From the NCBI GenBank assembly GCA_965219955.1, contig OZ244799.1, forward strand, positions 800,001 to 864,000: a stretch of 64,000 nt of DNA, read 5' to 3'. Source of the stretch: a bacterium (GTDB taxonomy: Bacteria > UBA8248). Shown one piece after another: positions 28,163 to 37,840 of this stretch. The notes below the pieces were generated by a model. The model was not told where the DNA came from, made no database searches, and was given only the letters and a program-made list of their open reading frames with translations. How positions within the stretch are numbered: the stretch's first letter is position 1; every line of letters starts with the position of its first letter. The position numbers and the translations under genes were made by a program.

Positions 28163-29843
28163 TCTGTCTATCCATGCTCATCAGGCTGCGGGCGGCTTCT
28201 TCCACGAGAGGAACAAGGCTTTCGTGGTCTATGCCGCTTACGGCGATGCCGTTGAATCGACGACATAGATTGGCTAGACGGATATCGTCTGTCTGGTCCA
28301 TTTTGTTGAAAACCCGAATCAGGGGCGTGTTTTTCAGCCCGATTTCATCCAGAATCTTCTCCACGGAAAAAAGGTTTTCCTCGCAATGCGGGGATGAGGC
28401 GTCAATCACATGAAGGAGAAGGTCCGCTTCACTCAGTTCCTCCAGCGTGGAGCGGAATGCCCCTATCAGCTCCTGGGGGAGGTCGTGAATGAAGCCGACG
28501 GTATCCGTAATGATGACTTCCTGCTCGCGCGGGAGCCTGAGTCTCCGGCTCGATGTGTCCAGGGTGGCGAAAAGCCGATCCTCGGCCATGACCTCGCTGT
28601 TCGTCAAAGCGTTCAATAATGTGGATTTCCCCGCGTTGGTGTAGCCCACCAGGGAGAGAACCGGCACTTCACGGCGCTGGCGGAGCCGTCTGCCCTGAGA
28701 GCGTTTTTTCTGCAAGTTTCCGAGCTCTTTCTCCACCCTGCGAATGCGCTCGAATGCGCGGCGACGGTGAATCTCAAGCTTCGTTTCACCCGGACCCCTG
28801 CCGCCGATGCCGCCGGTGAGCCTGCTCAAGGCCGTGTGATGGGAGGAGATGCGGGGCAGCGTATATCGCAGGAGCGCCAGTTCCACCTGAAGCTTCCCCA
28901 CGCGGCTCTTGGCCCTTTGAGCGAAAATATCGAGTATGATTTGCGTCCGGTCGAGGATTTTCAGATCGGTGAATTCGGATAAATTCTTGATTTGCGAGGG
29001 TGTCAACTCATTGGAGAAGAACAGGGCTTCGGCTCCCACCTGCATCGAATTCATCAGGACATCCGCCAGACGGCCCTTACCGATGACGAAACGAGGATCC
29101 GGCCTCTTTCGGCGTTGGAGAATCTGTCCGCAGGGGATGAAGCCGGCCTCGCGCGTGAGGAGAGACAATTCCTCGAATTCGGTCTCGGGGGAGCGGTTCG
29201 AGTTCTGCCCGGTATCGAGATGCACCAATAAGGCGCGCTCCCCCTCTTCGAGTTGAATGGATGATTTTTGCAGGCGGACGAACTCACTCTCGAGAGAATT
29301 GACAAGCGTTTCGATGTCGACCCGGTTCGATTCGAGATTAGGGAACGACTGGATTTCCCAGGGAGATCGATTCTCCACGAGCGTCGAGTGGCTGTTGGCT
29401 TGCCCGCTCTCATCAGGAGGCCTGGGCGTGATGTGGGCGAAGTGGAAGCGGCCCGCGCTCCCGTCTTCCAGAACCTGGATGACCCCCATGGCGTCAAGGC
29501 GCAAGAGAGCCATGTCCGTCAGGTCTTCCTGGGATAGCGGAGAAGCGTTCAAGTGGGTGTGCACGCACCGGAGACCTCTGAGTCTCGCCATTCCGGCGCG
29601 TGCGCGGCCGAGCTCCGGTATTTCGATCCCCCGCGCATCACCGATGGTCACGTAGCGCACGACGCCGAGTCGATCGATGAGCAGCCCGATCTGGCGTGAG
29701 ATTTCGTGAGACAGAAATGCCAGTTCGCGACCAAGTTCCAGATGAATGAATTGACTGGGTGGAATTTTGCGGCGGTAAAGCCTTTCCAAAACTTTCATTT
29801 GCTTAGGCTTCAGCCCGGTGAGGCGACCATGAAGTCTAGCGAT
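28128..29843 (-). CDS. hflX: GTPase HflX, long form; probable non-canonical ATC start
   Basis: GYTNAGKS, LFATLD, DTVGF, NKMD and GRGPGETKLE motifs. The family-like N-terminus begins IARLHGRLTGLK, preceded by GGGAG. Start codon inferred. Confidence 0.92.
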   Translation of the reverse strand: MARLHGRLTGLKPKQMKVLERLYRRKIPPSQFIHLELGRELAFLSHEISRQIGLLIDRLGVVRYVTIGDARGIEIPELGRARAGMARLRGLRCVHTHLNASPLSQEDLTDMALLRLDAMGVIQVLEDGSAGRFHFAHITPRPPDESGQANSHSTLVENRSPWEIQSFPNLESNRVDIETLVNSLESEFVRLQKSSIQLEEGERALLVHLDTGQNSNRSPETEFEELSLLTREAGFIPCGQILQRRKRPDPRFVIGKGRLADVLMNSMQVGAEALFFSNELTPSQIKNLSEFTDLKILDRTQIILDIFAQRAKSRVGKLQVELALLRYTLPRISSHHTALSRLTGGIGGRGPGETKLEIHRRRAFERIRRVEKELGNLQKKRSQGRRLRQRREVPVLSLVGYTNAGKSTLLNALTNSEVMAEDRLFATLDTSSRRLRLPREQEVIITDTVGFIHDLPQELIGAFRSTLEELSEADLLLHVIDASSPHCEENLFSVEKILDEIGLKNTPLIRVFNKMDQTDDIRLANLCRRFNGIAVSGIDHESLVPLVEEAARSLMSMDRQNETQEYEQIAN

Positions 29844-29965
29844 GGTAAGGCACTCCCAAAAGCAAACGGACACAAGATGTCGAAGGCTGCGCCAGTGGAT
29901 ATCTCCGCAGCGTGAACAACAATCTGCATTCAAGATATGCTAAGTTTGCCCGTAACACAAGATGA

Positions 29966-29994
29966 TTGACACTACCCATGCTGTTCAATAGACT
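29966..29994 (+). promoter_or_regulatory. Putative sigma70 promoter for mgtE (and downstream thioesterase/leuS)
   Basis: TTGACA-17 bp-TAGACT. Confidence 0.6.
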
Positions 29995-30045
29995 CTACGC
30001 CCTTTGGACACCGTGTTTACATGCTTGATGATTTGGGGATCAGCC

Positions 30046-31413
30046 ATGGTGAACGAGCGTGATCCGAGACTACTTCGGGTAGAAGACATGGTGCGTCGGC
30101 TTTTGAGGCATAAAGCCGACGCCAATCTTTCCAATGCGCTGGAGAAAATGCACGCAGCCGAAGTGGCGCAGATTTTTCAGCATTTCCTGCCCGAAGAACG
30201 CCAGGAAGCGTTTTCCCTCGTCCGAAACCGGGAGCACCGCGCCTCCATTCTGACGGAATCGGACTCCCACATCGTTCGGGAACTCCTCGAACCGGTGCCG
30301 AATGATGACGTCGTCCCGCTGATCAAGGAATTGGACAGCGACGACGCGAGGTATATTCTCGAAACCCTGCCCGATGAGCGTTCCCAGGAAATCGTTGCGC
30401 TCCTCGATGCGCCGGAAACCGAGGCGATGCAGGACATGATGGCGTATTTGCCGGAAACGGCAGGCGCCATCATGACGGATTCTTACGTGGCCCTTCCCGA
30501 GGAACTCACGGTGAATGAAGCCATCTCCCAGGTGCGAAAAGCCAGCGAGGTGGACTACATTTTCTATGTGTACGTCATAGACTCCAATGGTTGCCTGAGA
30601 GGTGTGATTACGCTGCGGCAACTCCTGCTGGCGGACCCATCCAAGACTTTGTCTGAAATCATGACCACCAATGTCTGGAGCGAAAACGTACATGCCGACC
30701 AGGAGCACGTCGCACGCGTCGTCTCCCGCTACAACATTTTGGCCATTCCAGTAGTGGATGACGACAACGTCCTGATCGGAATCATCACGGTGGATGACGT
30801 TCTCGACGTCATCAGGGAAGAAGCGACCGAGGACATCCTGAAAATGGCGGGAACGCACTCCTATCAGGATGAGGTAACGTCATTATCCGCAAGGCGCCTC
30901 GCGTGGATACGTTTGCCCTGGCTGTTTTTCAGTTGGCTGGGGGGCATTATCGCCGCTCAGTTGATCCATCAATACTCCGACCAATTGAGCAAAATTGTGG
31001 CTCTCGCCGCCTTCATGCCGGTAATTATTGGTATGGCGGGCAACGTGGGCACACAGAGCGCGACCATCGTGGTGCGTGGCTTGGCGACGGGACGCATCGA
31101 TCCCAAGTCATGGATTCGCGTCATCTCGAAAGAGGTGGCCGTAGGCACGCTTCTGGGCATTTGTTATGGCCTGTTGTTGGGATTGTTGGCGACGTATCAG
31201 TTCTCCTCAGTCGCCTGGTTGGGTTTCGTCGTGGGTCTTGCGATATGTGTGGTGATGATGTTCTCTGCCCTTCTGGCATCGTTTTTGCCGTTGCTGCTTC
31301 ATCGTTTTCGGGTGGACCCCGCCGTGGCGACGGGACCTTTCGTCACGACCGGAGTCGATGTCCTGGGACTTTTGATTTACTTTAACATCGCTCGTTTGTT
31401 TCTTTTTTCATAA
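30046..31413 (+). CDS. mgtE: Magnesium transporter MgtE
   Basis: N-domain, CBS pair (TAGAIMT; GIITVDDV), RLPWL, GNVGTQS and DPAVATGPFVTT..D motifs. Confidence 0.95.
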   Translation: MVNERDPRLLRVEDMVRRLLRHKADANLSNALEKMHAAEVAQIFQHFLPEERQEAFSLVRNREHRASILTESDSHIVRELLEPVPNDDVVPLIKELDSDDARYILETLPDERSQEIVALLDAPETEAMQDMMAYLPETAGAIMTDSYVALPEELTVNEAISQVRKASEVDYIFYVYVIDSNGCLRGVITLRQLLLADPSKTLSEIMTTNVWSENVHADQEHVARVVSRYNILAIPVVDDDNVLIGIITVDDVLDVIREEATEDILKMAGTHSYQDEVTSLSARRLAWIRLPWLFFSWLGGIIAAQLIHQYSDQLSKIVALAAFMPVIIGMAGNVGTQSATIVVRGLATGRIDPKSWIRVISKEVAVGTLLGICYGLLLGLLATYQFSSVAWLGFVVGLAICVVMMFSALLASFLPLLLHRFRVDPAVATGPFVTTGVDVLGLLIYFNIARLFLFS

Positions 31414-31434
31414 CCGCCCATAGGTTTATCCGGC

Positions 31435-31860
31435 TTGGTTCTTTCCATTGATTTCCGTGTAAGGTATGCCGAAACCGACCAGATGGGCGTGGTGCACCAC
31501 TCGGTCTATTATGTATGGTTCGAGCAGCTCAGAACGGAGTATTTTCGTAATATCGGATTTCCCTACGGGCAACTCGAAGAAAAGGGCGTCTTCTTTCCCG
31601 TCGTAGAGAGCCGTTGCGTGTATAAGGAAGGCGCCCGGTATGATGGCGAAGTAAGGGTCACCGGCTGGTTCAGAGAACCCGAAGGCATCCGGGTCCGGAT
31701 CGACTATCTGGTGGAGCAGGAGGGGCGAGTTTTGGTGAAAGGCTATACGCTTCATGCGAGAACCGATGCGGGTGGAAAACCAAGACGCATTCCTCCTGAA
31801 ATTCTCAAGAAGATCAGGGAGGAGGCCGCACCCGTCACGGAAGGACCGCATCTGGAATAG
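31435..31860 (+). CDS. YbgC/FadM-family acyl-CoA thioesterase
   Basis: RVRYAETDQMGVVHHSVY.WFE motif. Confidence 0.9.
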   Translation: MVLSIDFRVRYAETDQMGVVHHSVYYVWFEQLRTEYFRNIGFPYGQLEEKGVFFPVVESRCVYKEGARYDGEVRVTGWFREPEGIRVRIDYLVEQEGRVLVKGYTLHARTDAGGKPRRIPPEILKKIREEAAPVTEGPHLE

Positions 31861-31934
31861 CGCTAATCATTCGAGGCGGGCGGAGCGCCTGCGGAGGAAT
31901 TTCAGGAACATATACCGAATAATTGAGGAAATTC

Positions 31935-34547
31935 ATGCTCGGCGAATATAGTCCATCAAGTTACGAGGAAAAATGGCAGAACCATTGGGCGGAGGAGAAG
32001 ATATTCGAGACCTCCGATCATCCCGGCGATAAGCCTACCTATTATTCCCTGATGATGTTTCCCTACCCATCGGGCGATCTGCACATGGGCCACGCCTGTA
32101 ACTACACGATGGGCGACGCCATCAGCCGCTACCGGAAGATGCGCGGCTTCGAGGTCTTGCACCCGATGGGCTGGGACGCCCTGGGGCTGCCGGCTGAGAA
32201 CGCGGCCATCAATGCCGGCGCGCATCCCGCCGCATGGACCCAAAAAAACATCGACAACATGAGGCGCCAGCTTCGCATGGCGGGCCTCGCCTATGACTGG
32301 CCGCGAGAGATTTCCACCGCGCATCCGGGCTATTACAAGTGGACGCAGTGGATTTTCCTCAAAATGCTTGAGAACGGCTTGGCGTATAAGCGAGAAGCCC
32401 TCGTCAATTGGGACCCGGTGGATGGCACGGTTCTCGCGAACGAACAGATCCACGACGGTATCGCCTGGCGCAGCGGGGCCAAGGTGGAAAAACGCTGGCT
32501 CAGCCAGTGGTTCCTGAAGATTACGGATTATGCGCAGCGCTTGCTCGACGATCTCGATGGCCTCGTCGGGTGGCCCGAGCACGTCAAGCAGCAACAAAGA
32601 AACTGGCTGGGACGCAGCGAGGGCGCGCGAATCGATTTCAAACTCGAATCGACAGGCGAGACGCTCTCCGTGTTCACCACCAGGCCGGATACGGTATACG
32701 GCGTCACCTTCATGGTCTGCGCGCCCGAGCATCCCCTGATCGATCAGTTGCTGGAGGGGAATTCGCGCGCGGATTCCATCCGCGAGGCCGTGGAAGTCAT
32801 GCAGGCCCAAAGCGCCGCGGAACGCATGAGCGAGGAGAGTGAGAAGACGGGCATCGACACGGGTCATTTTATCATCAACCCTGTCAACGGAGACCGCGTA
32901 CCCCTGCTCGTGGCCGATTACGCGCTGATGGAATACGGCACGGGCATCGTCATGGGCGTGCCCGCGCACGATCAGCGCGATTTCCTCTTTGCCAGGAAAT
33001 ACGGCATCCCCGTCAAGGTGGTCATCCAGCATCCCGAGGGGGGGCTGGATGGAGACACGATGGAGGAGGCATACATCGAAGACGGTGTGATGGAGAACTC
33101 CGGCCCATTCGACGGCCAGCCGAACCGCGAAGCGTATCCGAAGATGACCGATTATTTTGCAGATAATGGTTTTGGGGATAAGACCATCAACTGGCGGCTG
33201 AGAGACTGGCTCATTTCGCGTCAGCGTTATTGGGGAGTGCCTATTCCCGTTATTTATGAAGATGACGGCAGCATCACCCCGGTGCCGGACGAACATCTGC
33301 CCGTCATGCACCCGCGCGACGTCGAGTTCACGGGCCGGGGAGGAAACCCCCTGGACCAAAGCGAGGATTTCGTGAACGTCATCAGCCCGAAAACCGGCAG
33401 GCCCGCGCGCCGGGAGACGGACACGATGGACACTTTTGTGGACTCGTCCTGGTATTACCTGCGCTACGTCAGCCCCCGTGATGATGACGCCGTATTCAAG
33501 TCGGAGAACGTGAATCGCTGGCTGCCGGTGACGCAGTACATCGGGGGGGCGGAACACGCCGTCATGCACCTGCTGTACTCGCGGTTTTTCACAAAAGTGC
33601 TCTACGACCTGGGCCTCGTCTCCTTCGAGGAGCCGTTCGAGAATCTCTTCACCCAGGGAATGGTATGCAGGATGGCCTACTATGTGGCCGATGCGCGTGG
33701 CCGAGTCTGGGTGCCTTATCAGGATGTGGACGAGGAATCTCTGGTCGTTACGGCGGACGGCCCGAGCGGCAGCGGTTACGAGGCCGGACAGAAAGTGCTC
33801 CCCGAGATGGCCTCGATGAGCAAATCGAAGATGAACGGAGTCTCGATTGAAGAATGCACGGGAAAATACGGGGCGGATGCGGGCAGGCTCTATACGCTGT
33901 TCATCGGCCCTCCCGAACGCTCGAAGGAATGGCGCGACGACGGCCTGATCGGCGTGCACCGCTTCCTGCAAAGGCTTTGGGTCACGTTCTCCGAGCGGCT
34001 CGAGGGCTGGAGGGAAACGGAGGCCTATTCAGGGGATGGGGATGGACTGTCCGCTTCAGGGAGAAAACTCAGGCGCGACGCCCACGCCACTTTGAAGGCT
34101 GTGACGGAAGTTTATGAGCACTCCTTCTCTTTCAACACGGCGGTGGCGCGCATCATGGAGCTGGCCACGTCGCTTCGCGCAGAGGCCGATGCCGAAAATG
34201 CGGTGCAGCGCGAAGCGGCCGAGATTCTTCTTAGCTGCATGGCGCCCATGGCGCCCCACGTGACGGAGGAGCTCTGGGAGGCCCTGGGCACGAGTGGGGG
34301 AGAGGTGAGTATCTTCCGTGAAGCATGGCCTGAGGTGGACGAAGCGGCCATAGCCGCCGAGGAGAAGGAATTCGCCGTTCAGGTGAACGGAAAGACGAGG
34401 CGCACGTTCATGGCGCTGCCGGATGCGTCCGAGGAGGAATTGAGGGAAAAAGCGGAAGCCGTAACGGCCAGTTATATAGGCGATAAGGAGATCGTGAAGC
34501 ACATCGTCGTCCCCGGTCGTCTGGTGAACATCATTGTGAAGGGGTAG
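31935..34547 (+). CDS. leuS: Leucine--tRNA ligase
   Basis: MFPYPSG.LHMGH, FTTRPDT editing domain, GVPAHDQRD, SRQRYWG, MSKS and VQVNGK motifs. Confidence 0.98.
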   Translation: MLGEYSPSSYEEKWQNHWAEEKIFETSDHPGDKPTYYSLMMFPYPSGDLHMGHACNYTMGDAISRYRKMRGFEVLHPMGWDALGLPAENAAINAGAHPAAWTQKNIDNMRRQLRMAGLAYDWPREISTAHPGYYKWTQWIFLKMLENGLAYKREALVNWDPVDGTVLANEQIHDGIAWRSGAKVEKRWLSQWFLKITDYAQRLLDDLDGLVGWPEHVKQQQRNWLGRSEGARIDFKLESTGETLSVFTTRPDTVYGVTFMVCAPEHPLIDQLLEGNSRADSIREAVEVMQAQSAAERMSEESEKTGIDTGHFIINPVNGDRVPLLVADYALMEYGTGIVMGVPAHDQRDFLFARKYGIPVKVVIQHPEGGLDGDTMEEAYIEDGVMENSGPFDGQPNREAYPKMTDYFADNGFGDKTINWRLRDWLISRQRYWGVPIPVIYEDDGSITPVPDEHLPVMHPRDVEFTGRGGNPLDQSEDFVNVISPKTGRPARRETDTMDTFVDSSWYYLRYVSPRDDDAVFKSENVNRWLPVTQYIGGAEHAVMHLLYSRFFTKVLYDLGLVSFEEPFENLFTQGMVCRMAYYVADARGRVWVPYQDVDEESLVVTADGPSGSGYEAGQKVLPEMASMSKSKMNGVSIEECTGKYGADAGRLYTLFIGPPERSKEWRDDGLIGVHRFLQRLWVTFSERLEGWRETEAYSGDGDGLSASGRKLRRDAHATLKAVTEVYEHSFSFNTAVARIMELATSLRAEADAENAVQREAAEILLSCMAPMAPHVTEELWEALGTSGGEVSIFREAWPEVDEAAIAAEEKEFAVQVNGKTRRTFMALPDASEEELREKAEAVTASYIGDKEIVKHIVVPGRLVNIIVKG

Positions 34548-34624
34548 ATGACTCCGGTATCATTTTTGGAGCGATATAACGGGAATGATTCATAATGTCA
34601 TGACTTCTGGAGAGGAGATGGAAA

Positions 34625-35077
34625 ATGGCCGAGCGCCCGAAAGAGATGGATGAATTTTTACAAGAACCACATATGGCGAGAATCGCCACTACCAATGCGG
34701 ATGGCTCGCCGCACGTCATCCCGCTTTTGTATCTGTTCAATCCCGAGGATGCGAGTTTCTTCATCAGCACCGGTGAAGATTCGGTCTCGGTGAAAAACCT
34801 GAAGCGCAATCCGGCCTTTGCCATTTGTATCGATGATGAAAAAGCTCCATTCCGCGCCGTTGTCGTGGAGGGTGAGGCGCAGGTTTCCGAGACGATGGGA
34901 ACGGACCACGAGGGGCTGAAAAGCGTGGTGGATCATTTCTTCGGGCCCGATATGTGGGCCAACTATGTCAATACGCCCATTGCGCAAAAAATACGCGTGC
35001 GTATCACCATGGTGCCCAAGAAGTGGAAATGGTGGGATTACCGCAGGATGTTGATGGGTTCGGTGACGGTAGACTAG
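34625..35077 (+). CDS. Pyridoxamine 5'-phosphate oxidase-like (split beta-barrel flavin/F420-binding) protein
   Basis: ARIATTNADGSPHV and KNLKRNP...DD..PFRAVVVEG motifs. Confidence 0.85.
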   Translation: MAERPKEMDEFLQEPHMARIATTNADGSPHVIPLLYLFNPEDASFFISTGEDSVSVKNLKRNPAFAICIDDEKAPFRAVVVEGEAQVSETMGTDHEGLKSVVDHFFGPDMWANYVNTPIAQKIRVRITMVPKKWKWWDYRRMLMGSVTVD

Positions 35078-35093
35078 ATTAGCTGGCGACAGG

Positions 35094-35127
35094 AAAGCCC
35101 CGGAGAGTTATCTCCGGGGCTTTTTTT
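35094..35127. terminator. Bidirectional intrinsic terminator
   Basis: Stem AAAGCCCCGGAGA / TCTCCGGGGCTTT plus a T-run, between convergent genes. Confidence 0.85.
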
Positions 35128-35131
35128 CGGT

Positions 35132-35959
35132 TTATTTCCTTCTCGCCTGTTGAATCATTCGGGTGAGTTGTGCCGAGGTGAGCGCGCCCGGGAACATTTG
35201 ATCGCCGACAACAAAGGCGGGTGTGCCGCGTATTCCTAGAGAACGCGCCAAAGCGTGGTTCTTGGTAACCTGAGCCTGGATGCCGGGCGCTTGCATGTCT
35301 TTTTTCAGACGGGCCGTGTCGATGCCCACGGTGGCGGCGATTTTCATGATGCTCGCTTCATCATAAGAGATTTTGGCCTTCATAAGAGCCTTGTGAAAAA
35401 CCAGATATTTGCCCTGCGCGCGCGAGGCGAGCGCCGCCCGGGCCGCCAATACGGAATTGGGCCCCAGGACAGGGAATTCCTTGTAGACGAGGCGGATTTT
35501 CTTGTCCTTCGCGAGCGCAGCCTCCACAACAGGGGCCACCCGCTTGCAATACCCGCACCGGTAATCGAAAAACTCCACAATCGTCACGTCCCCGTTGGGG
35601 TTCCCGCCCACGGGGTCTTCGGGGTCCGCATAGATTTGTTTCCTGTTTTTCTGAATGGAAGTCCGGGCCGCAGCCAGGCGCATTGCTTCCCGCTTTGCCT
35701 GTAGGGCTCGTATGGCTTCTTCGAGCACTTCGGGGTTGTTGATGAGATATTCTCTGATAATTTTCTCGATGCGCTTTTTCTCGAGGCTTTGCGCCACGAG
35801 GGTGGGGGCGGGCGCTGCTTTCGGTTTCGCTTCCGGGGGGGTGAGTGCGACTGCGTGGTTTTTATCTTTTTGGCTGTTCGCGGATGGAAGCAGGAAAACG
35901 CCTGAGAAGATCATGGCGCCCGCAAGCAATATGGCGATGAAACCCGGTTTTTTCGACAT
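35132..35959 (-). CDS. DsbA/Com1-family thiol:disulfide oxidoreductase
   Basis: Signal peptide, YLINNPEVL, EFFDYRCGYCK and GTPAF motifs. Confidence 0.92.
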   Translation of the reverse strand: MSKKPGFIAILLAGAMIFSGVFLLPSANSQKDKNHAVALTPPEAKPKAAPAPTLVAQSLEKKRIEKIIREYLINNPEVLEEAIRALQAKREAMRLAAARTSIQKNRKQIYADPEDPVGGNPNGDVTIVEFFDYRCGYCKRVAPVVEAALAKDKKIRLVYKEFPVLGPNSVLAARAALASRAQGKYLVFHKALMKAKISYDEASIMKIAATVGIDTARLKKDMQAPGIQAQVTKNHALARSLGIRGTPAFVVGDQMFPGALTSAQLTRMIQQARRK

Positions 35960-36104
35960 TCGAAAGTCCTTTCACTGGGGTATAAGCGGCTGAAGTGCAA
36001 ACGTGGACTCGCGTGCGCCAACCACGAGCGCGCATGTTATGATGGCGTTCCATTTAAGGCAAACGGATTATTTCTGCTCTGCATTCGCTTTTGGAGGGAT
36101 AGGA

Positions 36105-36614
36105 ATGGGTTGTAATGTCGCGCGGCTTGGTCACATGGGAATCCACGTGAGTGACGTGGAGCGATCCATCAGGTTTTACCGGGATGTGGTGGGTCTCAAG
36201 CTGACAGGAAAGTGGGGTCCGCCGGATTTCTTTCGTCCGATCTGTTTTATGCGCTGCGCGGAAAAACACCACACCCTGGTCCTTTTCGAGTTGCCCGAAG
36301 ACGCCGTGAAAGCGGGCCTGACGACAGGCGACTCCGAGCACCGAACGGATGTGGGTTTGCACCATATCGCTTTTGAAGTGGATGACCGTGAAAATTGGCT
36401 TCTCGCCCAGGAACACGTGAAATCCTGTGGCGTCGAGTTCGTCTCGGGCCCATACGTTCACGCGCATGAGGGCTTGGATGAGAACGGATTCATCGGTGGA
36501 AGCGGAAGCCATGCGTTCTACTTTCTGGACCCCGACGGCAACCGGATAGAAATCTATTGCTGGATGATGCGCGTCACCAAGCCGAGCGTTTCTGCTCCCA
36601 ACCCCGATCTTTAG
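36105..36614 (+). CDS. VOC (glyoxalase/extradiol dioxygenase) family protein
   Basis: LGHMGI, HHTL, GLHHIAF and FYFLDPDGNRIE motifs; RBS GGAGG. Confidence 0.88.
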   Translation: MGCNVARLGHMGIHVSDVERSIRFYRDVVGLKLTGKWGPPDFFRPICFMRCAEKHHTLVLFELPEDAVKAGLTTGDSEHRTDVGLHHIAFEVDDRENWLLAQEHVKSCGVEFVSGPYVHAHEGLDENGFIGGSGSHAFYFLDPDGNRIEIYCWMMRVTKPSVSAPNPDL

Positions 36615-36636
36615 GAACAGAAAGGTTTTTTCGCAC

Positions 36637-37689
36637 ATGAGTCAAAATGATGAGCGCATCGTCAACGCGGACGCTCTGCGCGATTTGATGGAGCGCATCC
36701 TGACGGCCGTGGGATGTTCGCACGAGCAATCGATGGCGACGGCCGACGTATTGATAGAAGCCGATCTCAGGGGGTATTCCACCCACGGCCTGATCCGCCT
36801 GCCCAATATGATCAGAAGAATCCAGAGCGGGATGATCAACGCCGAGGCCAAGCCTTATGTCATCCATGAGCGGGAGGGGTCCGCGCTGGTGGAGGGCGAC
36901 CGCGCCATGGGGCCCGTGGGCGCGACTTATGGCGCAAGCCTTGCGGCCAGGAAGGCGGAAAAGGCCGGCTCCTGCACCGTGGGAGTCGTGAACAGCGACC
37001 ATATCTGCATGACGGGCTATTACGCCGAGCGCATCGCCCGGGCCGGCTGCGTGGGAATCGTCGCTGGCGTCACGCAGCCGCTGGTCCATCCTTTCGGGGG
37101 CGTGGAGCGCCTGATGGGCACGAACCCTTTTTCAATTGCCGTTCCAAAGAGCGGAGATGAACCCGTACTCCTCGATTTTGCGACGAGCGCGATTCCTTAT
37201 GGGATGATCTTGAAGGCGAGCGTCACGGGTGAGCCGATTCCAGAAGGCGTGGCGGTGGGGCCGGATGGCGAACCGACGACGGACGCTAAAACGGCCGCCT
37301 CGGGTGCGGTCGCGCCTTTCGGGGGGCACAAAGGCTATGGTCTTTGCCTGTTGATTGGTCTTCTGGCGGGGCCTTTGCTCGGGGCCAAGGTGGGCAAGCC
37401 GCTCAGCCAGTCGGTGCATGAGGGACATTACGACAAGGGGGATTTGTTCATCGCCATCGACCCCTCCGCTTTCGGGGATCCGAAAGTATTCAGGGAGATG
37501 GTCGATTTCCACGTCGCCGAGGTTAAAAATATACGCAGGGCGCCCGGCGTAGAGGAGATTCGCGTGCCGGGGGAACGCAGCTTCAGGGAGAAGGAAAGAA
37601 GGCTGCGGGAAGGAATCCCGGTGGAAGATGGCGTGTGGAAGCAGGTGACGGAAATCTCGGATGAACTCAAAGTGGCGATGCCCGTCTGA
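36637..37689 (+). CDS. Ldh_2 family (malate/L-lactate/L-sulfolactate/ureidoglycolate) dehydrogenase
   Basis: ADLRGYSTHG, GTNP, DFATS, GGHKGYGL and RVPGE motifs. Confidence 0.92.
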   Translation: MSQNDERIVNADALRDLMERILTAVGCSHEQSMATADVLIEADLRGYSTHGLIRLPNMIRRIQSGMINAEAKPYVIHEREGSALVEGDRAMGPVGATYGASLAARKAEKAGSCTVGVVNSDHICMTGYYAERIARAGCVGIVAGVTQPLVHPFGGVERLMGTNPFSIAVPKSGDEPVLLDFATSAIPYGMILKASVTGEPIPEGVAVGPDGEPTTDAKTAASGAVAPFGGHKGYGLCLLIGLLAGPLLGAKVGKPLSQSVHEGHYDKGDLFIAIDPSAFGDPKVFREMVDFHVAEVKNIRRAPGVEEIRVPGERSFREKERRLREGIPVEDGVWKQVTEISDELKVAMPV

Positions 37690-37840
37690 TGCCGATGCCG
37701 ACTTCATGCCCCTGAAGACTCAACTCAGGAGCACATCGTTTCATTCTGAGGACCGGTGTCTACCGAAGATATTTTTCATCGCTCGCGCTTTTGCGTGGAG
37801 GCTTGGAGTCTCACATCACCAGGCATAAGGGCGGATTTTC

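Noticed and set aside
33811-33830. LeuS SMSKS instead of KMSKS
   Set aside because: The catalytic second Lys is retained and first-position variation is common, so it is not evidence of altered function.
31956-33971. 671-aa antisense ORF over leuS, and similar long shadow ORFs (1946-3349, 16868-18376, 19424-20623, 41919-43304, 39342-40829, 60800-62344)
   Set aside because: They overlap well-supported genes, carry no recognisable motifs, and are expected from codon bias in GC-rich DNA.
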